Under the pieces are notes generated by a model, which was not told the DNA's origin, searched no databases, and saw only the letters and a program-made list of their open reading frames with translations. This document shows positions 35,956 to 47,280 of a DNA stretch of 64,000 nt, piece after piece (position 1 is the stretch's first letter; the number at the start of each line of letters is the position of its first letter). Source of the DNA: Mobula hypostoma. Taxonomy: Eukaryota. The position numbers and the translations under genes are program-made. The DNA is taken from assembly GCF_963921235.1 (NCBI RefSeq), contig NC_086097.1:178686001-178750000 (forward strand), given 5' to 3'.

Positions 35956-36857
35956 CCAGTATTTTTACTATTTTTTAATGTTTCTTAATTGTACATATGA
36001 TTTTTTTGTGTTCTATTGCTGAGCAGCAGCGAACCATCTGATTGGCCTATCAGAGTTCTCTTTGGGAACTAGTTGACTTAATCAGCATTTCTGATCTGGC
36101 TGTTGTTCACGATTGCACTTAATAAAAAAAAAACAACCTTTTAACTATTTCTATGAAGCTTTGGCTAATTAGGGCTACCGCTTAATTCAGCCAAAATGTA
36201 GAGGTCCTGATGTGTCCCAATTATCCGGAAGCTACTGTACTTTTATTGACTGTTAAGTGCTCTGTACATCAAGGAGGCTGTGAAAGGTGTTGTTATAAAT
36301 CAAAGTCTCTTTAATGTAAAGTGGCAGAAGAGAGAGAAACAGCAAATATTTAAATTCTGATCGGGAATTGTTCCAATGCTTGTAGCTTTGGTAAGTAATA
36401 TTTGGAGGGGAGTTTTTTTTTTATCCTAGGGTTTCAGTGTTCTTCACACATTTCAGCAAAGTAGTATCTTGGTCCAGTTGTTACAAGCGTCTATATGGAG
36501 ATTCACAGCTCCAGCTCCGATGGGTTCTGAGATGAATGGTTTCAGCTAAGCTCCACAGGTCTGGTTAGTAACAGGAACTTAACTCAAACAGTGGTAAATG
36601 GTACTATTCCCAATGTGATATTAAATACAATGCTTGTCAAATAAAGTAATTTTATTCAGAATCTATGACTGCAAAATGATTGCCAGTATTTGATATTTAA
36701 TCGTATAATTTATGTTTAATGCATCCACAATCAAGTGACTTCAGTTAGCCAGATAGCTGGCCTGAGTTCATCTTGCCGGAGATTTTTTGGAACATAAAGA
36801 TTTTATTTTGACTTTTGTTAGCACAGTGTGAGTTCACACTCTATTTGCCAAGTACGA

Positions 36858-37070
36858 CAACAGCAGCTTGCATTTATGTAGCACAATTGTTGGAGCAAAA
36901 CCTCTCCACTGCCTAACAGAGCAAACATCAGTAGGAAACTGACTGAGGCCCTTAAGAAGATGATGGGACGTTTGTAAAGGACAACCTTGGAGGAACAACT
37001 AGGGACAAGGTCTAGGGAAGGAATTCAAGAGAATGAGGCTCGTGCTTATGGAGATAGAGGCACCACTGGG
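36858..37070 (-). mobile_element. Ancient L2-type 3' end
   Basis: cttgcatttatgtagc tail and ggtctagggaaggaattcaagag (LxNSxP motif on minus). Confidence 0.4.
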
Positions 37071-37431
37071 GAAGTGTCACTGTCTCAGAATAATTCAGCA
37101 CAGAAACAGGCCCTTCAGCTCAGCTGCCCATCCTAGTTAGACCTATTTTTCTGTATTTGGCCTGTATCCCTCTAAACCTTTCCTATTCCTATACCTGACT
37201 TCATGTCTTTTACATGTTGTTATTATACCTCCCTCAACCATTTCCTCAAGCAGCTTACTCCAATTTCACACCATTCTGCAAGGGGAAGTTGCCCCTCAGA
37301 TACCTTTTCAATCTTTTACCCCTCATCTTAAACCAATGTACTTAATTATTTTTTTCTTTCACTTCCCCGGGGATAAAGCTATGTGCATTCACCTTATCTG
37401 TGCGCCTCATAATTTATACACCTCTATAAAG

Positions 37432-38385
37432 GAACAAACTGCTGCTGTAAGAATAGGTGGAGAAATGAGTCAGTTTACGAAAATCAAGAGAGGCGTTAGA
37501 CAAGGGTGTGTTTTCTCCCCTGATTTATTTAATGTGTACAGTGAAACAATAGTACAAAAAATAAGAGACATCTTGGGAATCAAATTTGGCGGTGAAAACA
37601 TCAATAATTTCAGATATGCAGATGACACTGTGTTAATTGCAGGTATGGAGGAAGAACTACAAAACTTAATTGATATAATTGTTGAAGAAAGTGCAAAAAT
37701 GGGTCTATCTATCAATTGCAAAAAGACAGAATGTATGGTGATATCCAAAAAGAAGGAGAATCCTATCTGCAGACTGAGAATAAACAGGGAAGACATAAAA
37801 CAAGTACAGAACTTTTGCTACTTAGGAAGCTGGGTGACATCATATGGCGGGTGTGACATGGACATCAAAAGAAGAATAGGGATGGCAAAAGACACCTTTA
37901 CGAGAATGAAGAGTATACTGACCAATACTAAACTAGGCATGACAACCTGCCTCAGAGTACTGAAATGTTACGTTTATCCAGTTATGTTATATGGCTCAGA
38001 ATGTTGGACAATATCTAATAACATGAGGAAACGAATTGAAGCAGCAGAGATTTGGTTTTTGAGGAGGATGCAAAGAATATCATGGACGAAACGAATATCT
38101 AACGAGGATGTCATGAACAGAGCAAAAACAAAAAGAGAAATAATGTATGAGATCATGAAGAGGCAACGTAACTTCATTGGACATGTGATTAGGAAAGAGG
38201 AGTTAGAATGCATGGTAATTATGGGAAAGATTGAGGGGAAGAAAGCAAGAGGAAGACAAAGACAAATGATGATGGAGACAGCAGCCAGAGAACTGGAAAT
38301 GAATACAAATGAATTGATCCACTTGACCCGAAACAGGAGTGTGTGGGCCATGGCAGTCAAAGCTCAAACTGGGCACGGTACCTGA
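37432..38385 (+). CDS. RTE reverse transcriptase C-terminal half (5'-truncated, no internal stop)
   Basis: GVRQGCVFSPDLFN, RYADD, FCYLGS, LYGSECWT, GKIEGKKARGRQR; the first ~32 aa of ORF 37336-38385 come from the antisense CR1 flank. Confidence 0.8.
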   Translation, partial: EQTAAVRIGGEMSQFTKIKRGVRQGCVFSPDLFNVYSETIVQKIRDILGIKFGGENINNFRYADDTVLIAGMEEELQNLIDIIVEESAKMGLSINCKKTECMVISKKKENPICRLRINREDIKQVQNFCYLGSWVTSYGGCDMDIKRRIGMAKDTFTRMKSILTNTKLGMTTCLRVLKCYVYPVMLYGSECWTISNNMRKRIEAAEIWFLRRMQRISWTKRISNEDVMNRAKTKREIMYEIMKRQRNFIGHVIRKEELECMVIMGKIEGKKARGRQRQMMMETAARELEMNTNELIHLTRNRSVWAMAVKAQTGHGT

Positions 38386-38399
38386 TGATGATGATGATG
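37432..38399 (+). mobile_element. Young 5'-truncated RTE-clade LINE
   Basis: ataaag duplicated at 37426-37431 and 38400-38405; (tga)6 tail; RTE-type RT motifs. Confidence 0.92.
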
Positions 38400-39029
38400 A
38401 TAAAGTCACCCCTCATTTTCCTATTTACCAAGGAATAAAGTCCTAGCCTGTCTGACTTCTCCCTATAACTCAGGCCCTGAGTCCTGGCAGTATCCTCATA
38501 AATCTTCTCTGCACTCTTTCAAGTTAAACCATGTATTTCCTTTAGCAGGGTGCAGGGCCCTTGTATCATCCAAGCGAAGTCTCCCCAATATGTTGTACAA
38601 CTGTAACATAAGATCTCAGCTTCATACTTATTGACCTGACTGATGAAGGCCAGCATACCAAATGGCTTCTTCACCACTGTCTTCCTGTGATGCTGCTTTC
38701 AGCAAGCTATCCACCTGTGATTAAAATGGGAAGACTTTTGGGCTGAAGGAGGAGACAGATAAATGGAGGGTGAGGTTCAGGGAGGGGCGGGGTTCAGGAC
38801 GTTTGTTAATCGGGTGCCTATGTAACCTGGAAGCTAATGAAGGTGAGGGTTAGTGGGATGTGGGTGATAACATACTGGGCTGCTAGGGCCACTCATGTGC
38901 TGATACATGTGAAAATTGGTCAGGGAAGCTGGCCAAGATGAATTGAAGTTTTCAGGTCTGGGGATAACAAAGTGTTCCAGCAGTGAGCAGCTAGGGAAAT
39001 GGCCTTGCACTCACCCTTCATTCCTGTAG

Positions 39030-39400
39030 TGTCACAGAGTCATACAGCACAGAAACAGGCCCTTCAGTCTGACTTGTCCATGCTGTCCAATGTGCCCATC
39101 TACAGAAGTCCCATTTGCCTGTGTTTGGACCAGTTCCTTCTAAATCTTTCCTATCTGTGTCTCTGTCTAAAAGTCTATTAAATGATTCCAGAAGATTTTT
39201 AAGATTAGAGCAGGAAATTAAAGGCAGTGCAAGGGCCAGAGAGTGGTAGGTGCCTGGACTGGGTTAATGGGGCAATGGTGGATGCAGGTATAGTTTAAGA
39301 AGGTGTTAGATAGACACATGGATATGGAGGGAATAGTGGGATATGGATGATACAGAAGAGGAGGACAATTAGGACAAATTGACATCAAGATCAGCACAAT
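39030..39400. mobile_element. Two short CR1 3' fragments (minus 39030-39180, plus 39190-39400)
   Basis: cacagagtcatacagcacagaaacaggccc tail; ttagatagacacatggatatggagggaatagtgggatatgg. Confidence 0.6.
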
Positions 39401-40091
39401 GGAGGATGAGAGTCGACATAATAGAGGTGTATAAGATTATAAGAGTGGACAGTTTACATTGCACTTTCATCTTTACCCATACCTACTGGTTGGTCTATTA
39501 ATGATTTCTATTCAGTCATCTCTTTTTATGTTGTGTTTGGGATCTCCTTATATGTCACAGTCGGCTGATTCCAGGCGTCATCCGCGGTCACTCAATATTC
39601 TACTGCTTCAGGACCAACACTAGACACAATTCTCAGGAGCAGAATATGATTCAGTCTGGTCGAGAACTGTGCTGGTCTGTTCATCTCCTCTCTTGTTAGT
39701 AAACCGTAGTGATAATGCATTTTTAATAATGGAGCACTCAATTAGTACTGCCTCCTGGTAATATGGGGCTATCTTGGTTCTGTCATATGACAAAGTATGA
39801 CACAATGTGACACTCCCCAGTACTGCCCCTTCCATTATGTTTCCCTCTCTCAGTACCACCACGGTGCAGTGCTCCCTCAGAACCACACCAAATATTTTGT
39901 AAACAAAGCCTTGGAGAGTGAATTTATGGTGTGATTTTGACGAGGTAGTAGGGTTGGGAAAGAGGGAGGGCAGTGCATTACCTTGCCATGCCCTTACACT
40001 CCATGTCTGCTGTCACAAGTGGATGTGGTACTTCATACTTGATGCTCCCTCCATTCAACTGGTGTGAGGTGATTGCCCCTGGAAGTCCAGA

Positions 40092-40283
40092 GAAACCAAC
40101 ACAAAAGTTATTGGAGAAACTCAGCATGTTAGGAGGCATCTGTGGAGGGAAATCAACAATCTATGTTTTGGGTTGAGACCTTTCATCTGGACTGAAAGTC
40201 AGTGGAGAAAGCCAGTATAAAGCGGTGGAGCAGAGCTGGCTGGCAGTTGGTGGATCCTGTTGAGGAGGGGTGATAGGCGGATT
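40092..40283 (-). mobile_element. Old PLE 3' terminus
   Basis: ttggagaaactcagc..ggcatctgtggaggg..gttttgggttgagacctttcatctggac. Confidence 0.6.
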
Positions 40284-40284
40284 G

Positions 40285-40550
40285 AGTCATAGAATCAACA
40301 TGGAAACAGATTCTTCGCCCTAGCTCATCTATGCCAACCAACATGCTCTTTCAAACTGGTCCCTAGTTACCTATATTTGGCCCATTTCCCTCCAAATCTT
40401 TCCTATTCATACTTGTCCAAGTGTCCTTTAACAGTCATATTGTACCTGGCTCAACTACTTTCTCTGGCAATTCATTCCATATACTGATCACCTTGTCAGT
40501 GAAGAAGTTGCCCCTCACATCACATATAAATCTTTCCCCTCTCACCTTAA
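40285..40550 (-). mobile_element. CR1 3' fragment
   Basis: tctggcaattcattccata..gaagaagttgcccctca..tctttcccctctcaccttaa. Confidence 0.7.
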
Positions 40551-40552
40551 GC

Positions 40553-41725
40553 ATTCAAAGTTCAAAGTAGGTTTATTATCAAAGCACATATGTCACCCTT
40601 GTGGCCATTCGCAGTAAATACTAGAAACAAAATAGACTTGATGAAAGACCGCCACCACCAGGACATACAAACGAAAAGCAAAAGACAACAAACTCTGCAA
40701 ATACAAAAAGAAAAAAAATAGAAATAATAATAATAACAATAAATTAATAATCAATAAATATCAAGAACATGAGATGAATAGTCCTTGAAAGTGAGTTCTC
40801 AGGTTGTGGAAACAGTTCAGTGATGGGGTGAGTGAAGTTGCGTGAAGTTATCCCTTCTGGTTCAAGAGCTTGATGGCTGAGGGTTAATAACTGTTCATGA
40901 ACCTGGTGGTGTGGATCCTGAGGCTCCTGTGTCTGATTGCAACAGCGAGAAGAGAGCATAGCCTGGATGGTGGAAGTCCTTGATGATGGATGCTGCTTTC
41001 CTGTAACAGTACTCCATATTGATGAGGTCAGTGGTGGGGTGGGGTGCGTGTTACACATGATGGACTAGGCTGTATCAACTACTTTTTGTAGGCTCTTCCT
41101 TTCAAGGACATGGGTGTTTCCATACCAGCTGTGATCCAACCTGTCAATATGCCCTCCACCACATATCTGTAGAAATTTATCAAAGTTTTAGATGACATGT
41201 TGAATCTTCACAAACTTGTAAGAAAGTAGAGGTGCTGCTGTGCTTTCTTTGCAATGGCACTTATGCACTGGACCCAGGACAGATCCTCTGAAATGACAAC
41301 ACTGAGGAATTTAAAGTTGCTGATCCCCTCCACCTCTGATCTTCCAATCAGAATCGTTTCATGGAACTCCCGTTTCCTCCTCCTTGGTCTTGCTGGCACT
41401 GAGTGAGGCGCCACTCAGCTAGATTTTCAATCACCATGTGCTGATTCGTCACCATCTTTGATTTGGCCATCAACAGTGGCGTTGCCAATTTAAATATGAC
41501 ATTGGAGCTGTGCTTAGCCTCACAGTCATAAATATGAAGTGAGTAGAACTGGGGGCTAGGCAAACAGCCTTGTGGCACATCTGTGTAGATGGAGACTGTG
41601 GAGGAGATTTTGCCAGTCTGAAGTGATTGGGGTCCTCAAGTGAGGAAGTTGAGTATCCGATTGCATAAGAGGTCTTGATTAGTTTTGAGGGATGAGAGTA
41701 TTGAATGCTGTGATGTACTCAATGA
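40553..41725 (-). mobile_element. Rex1/Babar-type LINE fragment
   Basis: PQGCL.SP, FKFL..ISEDLSW, KKAQQHLYFL; (aaagttc) tail. Confidence 0.82.
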
Positions 41726-42134
41726 AGACCATCCTGATGTATGCATATTCCCTTTCTCTGGGGAAAAGGACTGTGTGCATTCATTCTGTTCATGTCTTGG
41801 GGACCATGATGAGACTTGGATTCATGACCTGGAAATGTCCTGCCTGGTTGGCCACAGTACAGGTGAAATGTGCTCCTGACGGGGTGAGACACCAGCCCAA
41901 ATAGTGTGTTTGACTTTCCCTGGTGTTCTGTACATTCATACACATCTTGCCAGAGGATATTGCCATTTGAGCCAGTACAGCTAAGGTTCCCTAAACTCAC
42001 TCCAGTAATGAGGGAGTATCTCTATCATAGACCATAGGACAAAGGAGCAGAATTAGGTGATTTAGCCCATCAAGTCTGCTCTGTATTCAATTACGGCAGA
42101 CTTATTTTCTCTCCCAGCCCCTTTCTTATGCATT

Positions 42135-43305
42135 CGGAGGAGGACTCAGAGGAGAACTATGAGAATGATTCCTTGAATGAAAGGATAATGTATGAAGAGT
42201 GTTTGATGGATCCAGACTTGTCACTCGCAGGAGTTCAGAAGAATGAGGAGGGTATCTCATTGAAGCCTTTTGAATATTGAAAGGACTAGATAGAGTGGCT
42301 GTGGAGGAGATCTTTCCTATAGTGGGGGAGTCTAGGACTAGAGGGCATAGCTTCAGAGTAGTGATGCCTATTTAGAACAGAGATGAGAGGGAATTTCTTT
42401 AGCCGGAGGCCAGTAATTCTGTGAAATTCATTGCCACAGATGGCTGTGGAGGCCAAGTCATTGAGTATATTTAATCAGGGTGTCAAAGGTTATGGGGTAA
42501 GGCAGAAGAATGGGTTTAAGAGGGATGATGAATCAGCCATGATGGAATGGCAGAGCAAACCTGATGCACCGATTAACCTAATTCTGCCCTTGTGTCTTAT
42601 AAACTGTTGGTCTTATGGTCTTTGGTGATCCTCCAAACCTCCTCAAAGTACTCATGAAGAAGAGCCATTGGCATGCTTTCCTTGTGATTGCAGCAATGTG
42701 CTGGGCCTGGGTTAGATCCTCTGAAACACTGATGGCAAAGAACGTGAAGCTGCTCACCCTTTCCACCACTGACTAGAGTAAATGAAGACCTTTTAGCATG
42801 TTTCCAAAGGTATGTCGTGTTGGAACTGGTGGAGCTTGCTTGTGTTTTGCTTCCAAAGATAAAGTGGAAGAGTCTTCTGGGATAGATACAGGCCCTTCAG
42901 CCCACCATATTATGATGAATGTTGTACCTCAGCTAGGAGACTGAGGGGTGATTTTATAGAGGTGTATAAAATCATGACGGACATTCTGTAGGTGTGGTGA
43001 ACGGACACAGTTTTTTTTCCCAGGGAAAGGTATAGATTCAGCATGAGAAGTGAATGATTTAAAAGGGACCTGAGGGGCAACATCTTCATGTAGAGGGTGT
43101 TGAGTACATGCAATGCGTTGCCAGAGGAAGTGGTTGAGGCAGGTACAGCAACAGTTAAAAGACAGTTGGGCAGGTACGTGGTTACTGACACTTTAGAGGG
43201 ATAGGGGCTGAACATGGGCAAATGGTACTAGGTTAGATGGGAATCTTGGTCAGCATGGATCAGCTGGGCCGAAAGGCCTGCTTATCTATTGTATGCCTCT
43301 GTGAT
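42135..43305 (+). mobile_element. Two CR1 3' fragments (42135-42620, 42930-43305) around a Rex1-type piece (42620-42770, minus)
   Basis: RTRGHS, RGDFIEVYKI motifs; VERVSSF..SEDLT.AQH on minus. Confidence 0.7.
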
Positions 43306-43884
43306 TTTTACTCAAATCAAGTCTCTATCCTTTCTATTTTGGTAAGTCAAGTGCTTCTAATGTGTTATGAGAGTAACTTCCCTGTGGAATCAGAGAAAAT
43401 GGTGACCAGGTTACTGTGTATCTAGGGACTGACCAGAAAAGTCTGCTGTTGATATTTGATGGCAGCTGAAGGCAGAGGCACCAGTGCATGTTTCTTCAAC
43501 TCCCTGTCTGATGGCATGCACTCTTCGCCCCTGCCTCCCCAGTTCTCCTCATAAGGCCAGCAGTTCCTCATGGGTTTCCCCAGGAGGCTAGCATTACGTC
43601 ATCTTGTTTAGAAAGGCAGACATCCTTGAGTCAAGCTATCGTGCCTGCGTTTCCCCAGAGACCCACGGCATCCTATTCCCCGAGCTGCCCAAACTATTTC
43701 TGGATACCTCAGAGGTGTTCCAATTTAGAATGGTGAGATGGGCGTCTGAGAAGCAGGCGTAGCTGATGAAAGGCGTGAGTGCCATTAGCTAGTGCCTGGT
43801 GTTACAGTCTCGTTTATCCACTCCTGACCCAACTTTACACTAGAGAATTTCCACATTACAGCACTGGCTTCACTTCAACATCTG

Positions 43885-44362
43885 CAGATCAGGCTCAAGG
43901 TCAGCTTCTACCCCACTGTTTGAGACTATTGAAGAACAAGATGGACTCTTGACCTCACAATCTACCTCGTCCTTGCAGCTCATGGTTTGCCTGCACCGCA
44001 CTTTCCCTGTAGCTTTATTCTTCATTTCGTTATTGGTTTCCCTTGTGCTACCTCAATGAATTGTTGTAATGAAGAGAACTCTGAATCAGAATCAGGTTTA
44101 TTATCACTGGCATATGTCACGAAATCTGTTATTTTGTGGCAGCTATACAATGCAAGGTGTAAAAATTCCTTTAAATTACAAAAATAAATAAATCATGCAG
44201 CAAAGGAATAACAAGAATGTGTTCATGGACCATTCAGAAATCTGATGGCGGAGGGGAAGAAGCTGTTCCTAAAATGTTATGTGATTTGCATGGAAGGCAT
44301 GCAAAATAAAGTTTCTCGCTCTACCTCAGTACGTGGACCACAATGAATACATTTACCAATTT
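43885..44362 (+). mobile_element. Rex1-type 3' end with a nested minus-strand Rex1-type tail (44080-44278)
   Basis: aggctcaaggtcagcttctacccc..gacctcacaatctacc; (gaatca)n tail. Confidence 0.6.
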
Positions 44363-44391
44363 AAATCTCCTAGAAAATCTATTTGCGGTTT

Positions 44392-44805
44392 CACAAACAA
44401 GGCGTTCTGTAAATGCTGGATATCTTGAGTACGCACATAAAATGCTGGAGGAACTCAGCAAGTCAGGCAGCATCTATGGTGAGGAGTGAACAGTGGATGT
44501 TTTGGGCTGAGACCCTTCATCAGACTGGAAAGGAAGGATGCAAAAGGTGAGGGGAGGAGTTCAAGCTGGCAGGTGATAGGTGAAACCAGGTGAGGGGGAA
44601 GGGAGGATGAAGTAAGAAACTGGGAGGTGATAAGTAGAAGAGGTAAAGGGCTGAAGAAGAAGGAATCTGATGGATGTGAACAGTGGATCATGGAAGAACG
44701 GGATGGAGGAGGGGGACCAGGAGGAGGTGATGGACAGATGAAGGGCAGAGAAGGAGCAAGAGTGGAGACAGAATGGGGAATGGAAAAAGAAAGAAGTGCA
44801 AAATT
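44392..44805 (-). mobile_element. PLE 3' region with hammerhead remnant
   Basis: aaaatgctggaggaactcagc terminus; minus strand cagtctgatgaagggtctcagcccaaaacatccactg; purine tract like 10360-10670. Confidence 0.78.
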
Positions 44806-47280
44806 TGTTATTTGTCCCTCATTATCATTATGTTTTCTCTTCCTCTTTGAATCTCTCTCACTCTTTCTCTCTCTTCCTCTTCCAACCCACCCATTCCCTT
44901 TTTGTTCCCCCATTTTTTTCACTTCGTCTCCTGAAAAGTGACGGCAGGCAGGATTCCTGCTGTTTTCAGGATACTCACCAAAATCCCTTGACAACCTGCC
45001 TACCTGATAAACCCAGGCAATCAAACTGTTCCAAGGGAAGGGTCATCTGGCGTGGGACTGATCACGAGGTGGGGGAGGGCTTCAAGTGATTTCAATGGGT
45101 GGTTTATTCAGCTGAGGCTTTGCTTCAAAGATGGAAATTTTGTCTGAACCTTCAGGTATGAAACCGAATCTCAGATCTATGGGTTTCTGGGCAGATTGCC
45201 CAGACTCTGTCAACAGCTGAGAGCTTTATACTTGTTGCAAACCCAGCCATCCTGTGTGCTCTGACCCTGTGAGGAAAGCTTATAGCTGTAATCAGACCCT
45301 AGATATTTCAGGAGAGGTGTGTAAAGGTTTGTGCTCAGTAATGTATTAGAACAAGATGAAAGAAGTGCATTATAATCTAACCTATCTTGCATGCTTTTGC
45401 AAAGCCGGTAGCTATGCTGTGTAGAAGTCTCACAGGAGTTTTGAATGGATTGGCATTGTAAAAATGGCAGTAGTACAGAACAGAAACAGGTCTTTCGGCC
45501 CATTTAGCTCATACCAACCTGATCTTCTGCCTGGTCCCATCTACTGGCACCCAGGCCATGTCCCTCCAAACATGTCTCATTTTCACCACCAGCTTGCTCC
45601 ACATTCACATCACAGTCTGAGTGAAGGAGTTCAGGATCTGAATCAGGTTTATTATCACCGGCATATGGCATGAAATTTGTTGTTTTGCTGCAGCAGTACA
45701 GTGCAAAACATAATAAAAATAGAAATTACAATAAGAAATATACTTAAACATTAAATTAAATAAGTTTTGCAAAAAGAGAGTGAAAAAATAAAAAAATAGG
45801 TGCAGATTGTGTTCATGGACCATTCAGATGGCAGAGGGGAAGAAGCTGTTCCTGAAACGTTGAGCGTGTGTCTTCAGGCTCCTGCACCTCCTCCTTGATG
45901 ATTGCAACGAAAACAGGGCATATCTTGGGTGTTCGGTGCCACCATTTTGAAGACATCCTCTTTTGAAGATGACCTTGATGCTAAGGAGGTTCATACCCAT
46001 GATGGACCTGGCCAAGTTTACACCATTCTGCAGCATTTTCTGACCCTGTACAGTGACCCCTCCATACCATTTGGTGATGCAGCCGGTCAGAGTGCTGCGT
46101 CTGTAGAAATCTGCCAGTGTTGTTGGAGGCATACCAATTCTACTCAAACTCTTCATGAAATACAGCCGTGTCATGCCTTCTTTGTAACTGCAATAATATA
46201 TCAATCTTCAGAGGGTTGACACCCTGGAACTGGAAGCTGCTCCCCCTTCCCTGCTGACCATTCAATGAAGACTGGTACGTGTTCCCTCAACTTCCCCTTC
46301 CTGAAGTCCACAGTCAATTCCTTGGTCTTACTGACATTGAGTGCAAGGTTGTTGTTGTGACACCACTCAACCAGCTGATCTATCTAACTGCTGTACGCCT
46401 CCTCATTACCATCTGAAATTCTGCCAACGATAGCTGTACCATCAGCAAATTTATGGATGGCATTTGAGCTGTGCCTAGCCACACAGTTGTGAGTGTAGAG
46501 AGGGTAGAGCAGCGGGCAAAGCACGAATCCATGAGGTGCACCAGTGTTGATTGTCAACGAGGAGGAGATGTTACTTCCAATCTGCACAGACTATAATCTC
46601 ACACTGAGGAAGTCAAGGATCCAGTTGCAGAGGGAGGTACAGAGGCCCAGGTTTTGGAGCTTTTTGATTAGAATTGAGGCTATGATTGTGTTAAACGCTG
46701 ATCAGTAAACAGCAGCCTGACGTAGGTGTTTTATTGCCCAGGTGATCCAAGGCAGAGCAGAGAGCCAGTCAGATCCTATCCATTGCAGACATATTGTGGC
46801 AATAGGCAAATAGTAGCGGGTCCAGGTCCTTACTTAGACAGGAATTGATTCTGGCACTGACCAACTTCTCAAAGCACTTCATCACTGTCGATGTGAGTAC
46901 CACTGGGCAATAGTCATTGAGGCAGCTCCCCCTGCCCTTTTAGGGCACTGGTATGCTTGGTGCACTTTTGAGGCAGTTGGGGTTCTCTGACTGCAGCAGT
47001 GAAAGATTCAAGATGTCCTTGAACACTCCTGCTAGTTGGTTGGCACAGGGTTTCATTGCCCTACTAGGTACAGCATCAGGGGCTAATGCCTTGTGAGGGT
47101 TCACCCTCTTGACAGAAGGTCTGATGTTGGCCCCCGAGACAGAGATCATAAGGTTATCAGATGCTGCAGGGGTTCACAGAGATGTAGTTTTATTCTTTCT
47201 TTCAAAGTGTTGAAAAGGTGTTGAGCTCATCTGGGAGTGAAGTATGACAGCCATGTTAGGTTTCACCTTGTAGGAAGTAA

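Larger units (their letters stand above)
31751..36237 (+). mobile_element. pogo/Tigger-type Tc1-mariner non-autonomous element (about 1 kb of its own sequence) with about 3.5 kb of nested inserts
   Basis: TA|cagtgaacttcagttaattgg ... ccaattatccggaagctactg|TA; transposase C-terminal remnant DSW*EIISKKIQNGFAH*GFK at about 32038-32100. Confidence 0.75.
31640..36312 (+). mobile_element. Deu-domain SINE (SacSINE1/AmnSINE1-like) 3' part, split by the Tigger insertion
   Basis: tgggagcttgttgtgtccaagttggctgctgcagttcctgcatt..gtgact..cttcaa..aagta (31670-31750) resumes as cttttattgactgttaagtgct..tgtgaaaggtgttgttataaatcaaagtct (36240-36308); family recognised from memory. Confidence 0.6.
37090..38720 (-). 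mobile_element. CR1 3' fragment split by the RTE insertion
   Basis: aatttatacacctctataaa|..|taaagtcacccctc rejoins to give the RGD.IEVYK motif on minus. Confidence 0.8.

Noticed and set aside
36318..36397. Strong donor-like ttg|gtaagt
   Set aside because: All three frames from the nearest plausible acceptor contain stops; no support for a coding exon
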